Assembly (NCBI GenBank): GCA_049599475.1
Contig: JBMYOQ010000036.1
Coordinates: forward strand, 1 to 41,789
Reading direction: 5' to 3'
Length of the DNA: 41,789 nucleotides
DNA from: Opitutales bacterium
GTDB lineage: Bacteria; Verrucomicrobiota; Verrucomicrobiia; Opitutales; JABSRG01
Below the pieces are notes generated by a model. The model worked only from the letters and a program-made list of their open reading frames with translations, had not been told where the DNA came from and made no database searches. The position numbers and the translations under genes are program-made. Each line of letters begins with the position of its first letter. Positions within the stretch are counted from its first letter, which is position 1. Positions 35,536-41,789 of the stretch are shown here, piece after piece.

Positions 35536-38130
35536 TCATAACGCTCTCAAGACTAAGGCATCTCCATCGAGATCGAAGGTCACTGTAGAGCCCTCTCCGA
35601 CCTCTCCTGATATCAGACTACGCGCTAAGCGAGTTTCTACCTCTTTCTGCAAATAGCGACGAAGGGGTCGCGCTCCGTATACAGGGTCGTACCCACGTTC
35701 AGCAACTCTCTTCTTCGCAGCATCTGTCATCACTATTTCAATACGCTTTTCTTCAAGCCTTCGGTTCATTGAATCAATCAAGAGATCTACGATCTGTGAA
35801 ATCGCTTCCAGCGTAAGGGGAGCAAATATAACGATATCATCGATACGATTCAGAAACTCAGGGCGAAACCCTGCCCGAAGCTCCGTCATCACAGACTCTC
35901 TGACAGTGTCTGGAATTTCATCACCTGACACACCTTCTTGAATGTAACGACTGCCCACATTTGAAGTCATTATAATGACCGTATTTTTAAAATCAACAGT
36001 CCTGCCCTGGCTGTCGGTAATCCGCCCATCATCGAGCACCTGTAAGAGTACGTTGAATACATCGGGATGCGCTTTCTCGATTTCGTCGAAAAGAATCACC
36101 GAATACGGGCTGCGGCGCACTGCCTCAGTTAATTGTCCTCCTTCATCGTAGCCGACATACCCTGGTGGCGCTCCGATCAAGCGTGCCACTGAGTGCTTCT
36201 CCATGTACTCGGACATATCGATACGCACCATGGCGCTTTCGCTGTCAAACAATGCCTCGGCGAGCGTCTTCGCTAGCTCGGTCTTTCCAACACCTGTCGG
36301 TCCCAGAAATATAAAGCTCCCTACAGGACGATTCGGATCTTTTATCCCTGCGCGTGCTCGTAGGATGGCCTCCGACGTAAGTGTCACAGCCTCATCCTGG
36401 CCAATCACGCGTTCGTGCAGAATTTCTTCAAGACGCAGCAATTTCTCTCGTTCACCTTCGACAAGTCGAGTCACTGGCACACCAGTCCATCGCGATACGA
36501 TCTCCGCAATTTCCTCCGGGGTCACTTCCTCATTGATTAAGCCTTCGCCTCGATCAACAGACTCGAACGTAGCGAGTTGCGCCTGAAGTTCAGGAAGTTT
36601 CCCGTGCCTCAATTCTGCTACAGTATTAAGATCATAACTACGTTCTGCAGTCTCCATTTCGTGCTGCACGCGCTCGATCTCTTCACGTAAAGACTGCACT
36701 TGATCGACTCCCGCACGCTCAGTATCCCAACGCAATTTCAGCTCTTTATGGGCCTCCCGCGCGTCGGACAATTCCTGAGACAAGGCATCCAAACGAATTT
36801 TGGATGCATCATCCTTCTCAAGCTTCAGCGCAGCTTCTTCGATTTCAAGCTGCATGACTTTGTGCTGCAAGTCATCGAGCTCAGCTGGCATAGATTCCAT
36901 TTGAGTACGGATCTGCGCACAGGCCTCATCCACGAGGTCGATAGCTTTATCGGGAAGAAACCGATCGGTAATGTAACGATCAGATAACCGCGCTGCATTC
37001 ACAATGGCGGCATCCTGTATTCGCACATGATGGTGCAGCTCGAAGCGCTCACGCAATCCCCGTAAAATCGAGATGGTATCCTCGACACTTGGTGCCCGCA
37101 CGATGACGGTCTGAAAGCGCCGCTCCAGGGCAGCATCCTTTTCTATATACTTGCGGTACTCGTCTAGAGTCGTCGCTCCGATACAGTGAAGCTCTCCTCG
37201 AGCAAGCATTGGTTTGAGAAGATTCCCGGCGTCCATAGCACCGTCGGTACGTCCGGCCCCGACAATGGTGTGTAGCTCATCAATAAATAGAATAATCCGC
37301 CCTTCACTATTTTTAACCTCAGTCAAGACGGCCTTCAGGCGCTCCTCGAACTCGCCCCGGTATTTGGCACCGGCGATCAACGCTCCCAGGTCCAAAGAGA
37401 AGATAATACGATCCTTCAAGCTCTCAGGCACATCGCCCCGGACAATTCGTTGAGCCAGGCCCTCAGCAATCGCCGTTTTACCAACGCCAGGCTCACCAAT
37501 GAGCACAGGATTGTTTTTCGTTTTACGCGAAAGGATACGCACCACTCTGCGAATCTCCTCATCCCGACCGATCACGGGATCTACATTCCCCGAGCGCGCT
37601 CGAGCAACCAAATCGATCCCGTATTTTTCTAGAACGGAATAGGTAGCTTCAGGGTTTTCAGAATCTATTTTGCGCCCTCCACGCATCGGTTCCAAAACGG
37701 ATAATACACGTTGCTTGGTAATTTCGAAGGCACCGAAAAATTTCTTTAAGTCAGCCCGATCTACCACGAGTGCACCCAACAACAAATGCTCGGTGCTCAG
37801 ATAACTATCCCCCATCGTGGCCTGCTCATTTTCTGCTGCAAGAATGAGTTCTGAGAATGCCTTCGAGACGTATATCTGCCCAGAAGCAACATCTCCGCCT
37901 GAGACTTTAGGTAGCTTTTCGATTTCCTTCTGGAGGGCGAGAGACACTGCAGCATCCCCAATTCCCATCTTATCCAACAGAGCAGGCACGACTCCCTGCT
38001 CCTGATTCACCAATGCGGACAGCAAATGCCAAACGTCTAGCTCGGCCTGTCCATTCTTTTGAGCGATCGATTGCGTATTATTCACAGCATCTCGTGCTCG
38101 CTCTGTATATTTAGCCAAGTTAAGATTCAT
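35536..38130 (-). CDS. clpB: Chaperone ClpB
   Basis: [20 protein letters not shown], long coiled-coil M domain, [32 protein letters not shown]; 864 aa. Confidence 0.97.
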   Translation of the reverse strand: MNLNLAKYTERARDAVNNTQSIAQKNGQAELDVWHLLSALVNQEQGVVPALLDKMGIGDAAVSLALQKEIEKLPKVSGGDVASGQIYVSKAFSELILAAENEQATMGDSYLSTEHLLLGALVVDRADLKKFFGAFEITKQRVLSVLEPMRGGRKIDSENPEATYSVLEKYGIDLVARARSGNVDPVIGRDEEIRRVVRILSRKTKNNPVLIGEPGVGKTAIAEGLAQRIVRGDVPESLKDRIIFSLDLGALIAGAKYRGEFEERLKAVLTEVKNSEGRIILFIDELHTIVGAGRTDGAMDAGNLLKPMLARGELHCIGATTLDEYRKYIEKDAALERRFQTVIVRAPSVEDTISILRGLRERFELHHHVRIQDAAIVNAARLSDRYITDRFLPDKAIDLVDEACAQIRTQMESMPAELDDLQHKVMQLEIEEAALKLEKDDASKIRLDALSQELSDAREAHKELKLRWDTERAGVDQVQSLREEIERVQHEMETAERSYDLNTVAELRHGKLPELQAQLATFESVDRGEGLINEEVTPEEIAEIVSRWTGVPVTRLVEGEREKLLRLEEILHERVIGQDEAVTLTSEAILRARAGIKDPNRPVGSFIFLGPTGVGKTELAKTLAEALFDSESAMVRIDMSEYMEKHSVARLIGAPPGYVGYDEGGQLTEAVRRSPYSVILFDEIEKAHPDVFNVLLQVLDDGRITDSQGRTVDFKNTVIIMTSNVGSRYIQEGVSGDEIPDTVRESVMTELRAGFRPEFLNRIDDIVIFAPLTLEAISQIVDLLIDSMNRRLEEKRIEIVMTDAAKKRVAERGYDPVYGARPLRRYLQKEVETRLARSLISGEVGEGSTVTFDLDGDALVLRAL

Positions 38131-38140
38131 AGCTTCTCTT

Positions 38141-38257
38141 CGCAGTATCTATTCCGCTGACCCAAAATCCACATCTCATTGATTATGAACACCTTAACCC
38201 GAATAAAACCGACAGCCACTGAGTCACAAGACCAATAATATGTGCAATTTTGTCACA
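38141..38257 (-). promoter_or_regulatory. Putative sigma54 promoter of clpB with IHF-like site and upstream activator sites
   Basis: Minus strand GCGGAATAGATACTGCG (GG-N10-GC, 38157-38141); AATCAATGAGATG (38184-38172); TGTG-N9-CACA dyad at 38241-38257. Confidence 0.5.
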
Positions 38258-38343
38258 CTTTTCGAAATTTAAATGACTTCCACGTTGATATACTAACGGC
38301 ATTAAATATTGTTCAAACTCCCATTCTTACGATTTCACACACC

Positions 38344-38694
38344 ATGCTCAGAACAATCACATTGGCAGCCTCCATTTTGATGTTTCCATTTGCGGCAAAC
38401 GCTCTTTTCCAGAGTGGGTTTCTATTCTGCCTATTGTCTGAGGATTTGGAAAACTCTGCAGAGAAAGACTCGATTTTTCTAACGATCGTAGTCGAAGAAA
38501 AAGTTCCAGAAGAACAGCCTAAGGTCGCGACCCAATTGAATTTGAGCAATCCTCTCAATCCCGAGCAATCCTCTGGCTTACTCGGATTCCCTTCATTTGG
38601 AGAAGACTCCGTTGGTTCACTCGAAAATGAGGAAATTTCCCTCGGCGATCTTTCCGACCTATCATCGATTTCTATTTCTGATTCAGAAAACTAA
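38344..38694 (+). CDS. Hypothetical protein with signal-peptide-like N-terminus and acidic Ser-rich tail
   Basis: MLRTITLAASILMFPFAANA followed by low-complexity S/E/D/L sequence. Confidence 0.6.
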   Translation: MLRTITLAASILMFPFAANALFQSGFLFCLLSEDLENSAEKDSIFLTIVVEEKVPEEQPKVATQLNLSNPLNPEQSSGLLGFPSFGEDSVGSLENEEISLGDLSDLSSISISDSEN

Positions 38695-38749
38695 AATTAG
38701 ACCACACGAACAAGCGCTCAACTCCTCGTCTAAAAGGCAATTCTCATCC

Positions 38750-38986
38750 ATGGCATCCTCAAAAAAAGAAGAACCCAGCTTTGAAGAAGCCTTGAGTGCA
38801 CTCGATTCGCTCGTAAAGCAACTTGAGCAAGGGGATGCGCCCCTGGCAGACCTCGTGAAATCTTATGAAAAAGGCCAATCTCTCCTACGAATTTGCAGAG
38901 AGCGGTTGCAGGATGCAGAACTGAGAGTAAAAATCATTAACGAGGACGGAACGGAATCGGCTTCCGTCGACAAACCGACCGCCTGA
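38750..38986 (+). CDS. xseB: Exodeoxyribonuclease VII small subunit
   Basis: SFEEAL..LD.LV.QLE.G...L...V..YEKG..L...C...L..AE.RV; precedes dxs. Confidence 0.93.
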   Translation: MASSKKEEPSFEEALSALDSLVKQLEQGDAPLADLVKSYEKGQSLLRICRERLQDAELRVKIINEDGTESASVDKPTA

Positions 38987-39011
38987 GTAATCAGCAATCC
39001 ATCACTTTGAG

Positions 39012-40934
39012 ATGTCTCTCCTAGAATCCATTTCATCACCGGCAGACGTAAAGGCTCTTTCCGAAGAGGAGCTTCCGGAACTCGCTCGGGAAATTCGAGA
39101 GCGTCTGATCGAAGTCACTTCAAACAACGGTGGACACATCGGCCCGAATCTCGGTGTCGTTGAGCTGACGATTGCACTTCATCGCGTATTCGACACACCG
39201 AAGGACCGGTTCGTATTCGACGTGTCCCACCAGGGCTACGTCCACAAGCTTTTGACTGGTCGCAATACCCAAGCTTTCACCGACATCCGCCAATCGGGCG
39301 GGCTCAGCGGTTTCCTCAACAGGACCGAAAGCCCACACGATTGCTACGGAGCTGGGCATGCAGGCACCGCGCTCTCTGCTGCACTCGGCATGGCAACGGC
39401 TCGAGATCTACGCGGCAGCGACGAAAACGTGGTCGCTCTGTGTGGAGACGCGGCATTCACCTGTGGCATCACCATGGAAGCTCTGAACAACATCGTTCAA
39501 AGCACCAAGAAACTCGTGGTGATCTTGAATGACAACGAGTGGTCCATCGACCGCAATGTCGGCGCCCTAGCCACCTATTTTAACGAGTTGATCACGAACC
39601 CGATCTACAAGCGAGTCCATGACGATGTAGAAGGCTTCTTGAAAAATATGCCAGGCGGCGAGTCGGTCCTTGAGTTCGGACGGAAGTGGAAACACGAAAC
39701 GAAAGACTTTTTCGTATCCTCGTCGCTCTTTGAAAAATTTGGGGTGCGCTACCTAGGCCCCATCGACGGACACGATTTGCAGAAGGTAGAAAAGTATCTT
39801 CAAATTGCGAAAGAGTCTGAAGAGCCTGTTCTGCTCCACGTGATCACCAAAAAGGGCAAAGGCTGTGATCCAGCCCTGGACTCACCTGAGAAATTCCATG
39901 GCACCAGTCCCTTCGATCCAGGCACCGGAAAATCTCGCGGGGGCAAATCGGGGCCCACACCTCCGAAGTATCAAGATGTATTCGGCAAGGCTCTTTTGAA
40001 ATTCGCCGAGGCAGATTCTCAGCTCGTCGGCATTACTGGGGCAATGCCGAGCGGAACAGGAATGAACTTTTTGCGGGATGCGCTACCCAAGCAGTATTTT
40101 GATGTCGGTATCGCAGAAGAGCACGCAGCACTCTTCGCTGCAGGCCTTGCAACGAGCGGCATCCGCCCCGTCTGCGCGATTTACTCCACATTCCTACAAC
40201 GTGCCTTCGATCCCATTATCCACGACATTTGCCTGCAAAATCTGCCAGTCCTATTTTGCATGGATAGGGCGGGCGTGAGCCCACAAGACGGCGCCACCCA
40301 CCACGGCCTGTTTGACATCGCTTACCTACGCTGCGTGCCAAACACCGTGATCATGCAGCCCAAGGACGAAGACGAACTCGTCGACATGATGGCGACCGGC
40401 CTTGCACACTCCGGCCCAGCATTCATTCGCTACCCTCGCGGCAACGGAGCCGGTGTCGACATCAAGGAAGAGCCGAGCGTCCTAGAAATTGGAAAGGCAG
40501 AAATTTTATCAGCCGGCGTCGACATCCAGATATGGGCTTTGGGACCGATGCTCATTGAAGCCGAGAAACTCGCTCAGTCTATCGCAAACGAATGGGATGC
40601 CTCCGTCGGAATCGTGAATGCGCGCTTTGCTAAGCCACTCGACACCGAACTGCTCAACCAACAAGCCCAGCAAGCCCAACTGATCATTTCCATGGAAGAT
40701 GGCGTAGAAACCGGAGGAATGGGCTCCGCAATTTGTGAACACCTTCAGTCTTCTGGAATTGCGACACCCGTAGAGATTATCGGCTGGCCAGATCGCTTTG
40801 TGGATCACGGCAGCAATGTCGCCGACGTGCGTAAGCTCGGCGATCTCGACTACGATTCCATCGAGTCGCGGACATTCAAGAAACTGGAAAGCCTACCCGC
40901 GCTAACCAAGCGCCAAAAGGTTTTGCAGGCATAA
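39012..40934 (+). CDS. dxs: 1-deoxy-D-xylulose-5-phosphate synthase
   Basis: GGHIGPNLGVVELT, DVSHQGYVHK.LTGR, GHAGT, ILNDN, YLGPIDGH, FDVGIAEEHA, IYSTFLQR, DGATHHG, IRYPRG. Confidence 0.97.
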   Translation: MSLLESISSPADVKALSEEELPELAREIRERLIEVTSNNGGHIGPNLGVVELTIALHRVFDTPKDRFVFDVSHQGYVHKLLTGRNTQAFTDIRQSGGLSGFLNRTESPHDCYGAGHAGTALSAALGMATARDLRGSDENVVALCGDAAFTCGITMEALNNIVQSTKKLVVILNDNEWSIDRNVGALATYFNELITNPIYKRVHDDVEGFLKNMPGGESVLEFGRKWKHETKDFFVSSSLFEKFGVRYLGPIDGHDLQKVEKYLQIAKESEEPVLLHVITKKGKGCDPALDSPEKFHGTSPFDPGTGKSRGGKSGPTPPKYQDVFGKALLKFAEADSQLVGITGAMPSGTGMNFLRDALPKQYFDVGIAEEHAALFAAGLATSGIRPVCAIYSTFLQRAFDPIIHDICLQNLPVLFCMDRAGVSPQDGATHHGLFDIAYLRCVPNTVIMQPKDEDELVDMMATGLAHSGPAFIRYPRGNGAGVDIKEEPSVLEIGKAEILSAGVDIQIWALGPMLIEAEKLAQSIANEWDASVGIVNARFAKPLDTELLNQQAQQAQLIISMEDGVETGGMGSAICEHLQSSGIATPVEIIGWPDRFVDHGSNVADVRKLGDLDYDSIESRTFKKLESLPALTKRQKVLQA

Positions 40935-40958
40935 GGCTCGGGAAAAGGTCCCCTCCAT

Positions 40959-41432
40959 TCAAGCAGGCGACCAGATCATGTACACATCGGCCCTGGCGTA
41001 TTTTGACCCAGGTCGCAATTCAGTCTGCTGCACAAAACCCAGCGACGCATATAGCCCTATCGCGTTCTGCAATGTGGAACTCGTCTCCAGAAACAGCTCA
41101 CGCCCACCTTTCTCTTGAAAGCACTTGATCGCAGATTTCACCAAGGCTCGGCCGATCCCACGGCCTTGAGCCTCCGGCCTGACTCCCATTTTCGAAAGTT
41201 CGTAGGATCCCTCTCCTCGACAAACAAGAGAAACCGCCGCGATGCTTTCACCCGTCGAAACGTCTTCCGCCATAAAGATCGCCCCGCCTCCGGCCAAAAT
41301 GGCGCCTTCGGGGTCGAGCAGGACTCTTTTATCTTCTTTTTCTAAATTGAAAAACTTTTCTATCCATTCTGCGTTAATAGAATAAAATGCTTTCCGATGC
41401 TTCTCAGCGAAGGGAACAATTTCAAAATCCAT
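40959..41432 (-). CDS. GNAT N-acetyltransferase
   Basis: INAEWIEKFF.LE..D, YELSKMGVRPEAQGRGIGR, LET...L.NAI.LY..LGF, Y.RADV.M; start taken at MDFEI (ORF track gives 41489). Confidence 0.9.
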   Translation of the reverse strand: MDFEIVPFAEKHRKAFYSINAEWIEKFFNLEKEDKRVLLDPEGAILAGGGAIFMAEDVSTGESIAAVSLVCRGEGSYELSKMGVRPEAQGRGIGRALVKSAIKCFQEKGGRELFLETSSTLQNAIGLYASLGFVQQTELRPGSKYARADVYMIWSPA

Positions 41433-41555
41433 AACATCTAAAGAGCATGGTTCATACCTCGGAAACCTCAGCTTCCGAAGCCGCTCCAAGAAAATAATCC
41501 AAAAAATTAAAACAAAGAGCTTGATTTAAAAACTTTTTTACGCTCTATTCGATTC

Positions 41556-41643
41556 AAGCTTCCGAAAGGAAGTTTTGGGGTAACAGAATAAAATAGAAAT
41601 AAATGGCGCGCAGCTTAGGGGTAGGCTGCGCGCCTTCATTTTT
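41556..41643 (+). ncRNA. Candidate small RNA (~88 nt)
   Basis: TTGATT at 41521; 5' hairpin AAGCTTCC-GAAA-GGAAGTTT; GGGGTAA plus an A-rich linker; 13-bp GC-rich hairpin with a GGGG loop; U-rich tail. No family recognised. Confidence 0.6.
41605..41643 (+). terminator. Rho-independent terminator-like hairpin
   Basis: GGCGCGCAGCTTA-GGGG-TAGGCTGCGCGCC-TTCATTTTT. No + strand CDS lies upstream of it. Confidence 0.75.
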
Positions 41644-41789
41644 GTACCTTTTTGCCTAAAGAATGAGGCATCCCCCACCGAAACTATCTCTCGGAGAGAT
41701 AAATCTAGCTTCATATATGAAGCCTTAGGAAAATCCTAATACCGATTCTAAAAATTAAAGAGCCTTAAGGTTGTCTAAGAAGCGTTTAC

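Noticed and set aside
38131..38340. CIRCE or CtsR operator before clpB
   Set aside because: No TTAGCACTC-N9-GAGTGCTAA and no tandem GTCAAA repeats were found.
38750..40934. Absence of ispA between xseB and dxs
   Set aside because: The 25-bp gap shows no remnant; this is ordinary gene-order variation.

Overview
This is mostly a housekeeping chromosomal segment. A Verrucomicrobiota (Opitutales-like) origin is inferred from gene content and protein style; no database was searched. Recognisable genes are lnt, prmA, purN, an M16 peptidase, waaA, gmk, a sigma54 activator, tsaD, an S41 protease, rpmB, a class III cyclase, tRNA-Gln(UUG), pyrH, frr, proB, a UvrD/PcrA helicase, a TPMT-like methyltransferase, proA, gluQ, a DEAD-box helicase, ndh, clpB, xseB, dxs and three GNATs. 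Accessory content comprises an IS21-like end at the window start, a 1553-aa secreted monoheme (CxxCH) protein with FN3/LamG modules, and an HUH/RAYT-type tyrosine transposase. Three signals stand out. (1) A perfect 37-bp palindrome between waaA and gmk has one arm repeated in the RAYT promoter 13 kb away, and base composition flips sharply from C/A-rich to G/T-rich across both sites. (2) A candidate ~88-nt sRNA carries two GGGGUA motifs, one complementary to the sequence directly before the start codon of the large heme protein. (3) The heme protein itself has an unexplained architecture.
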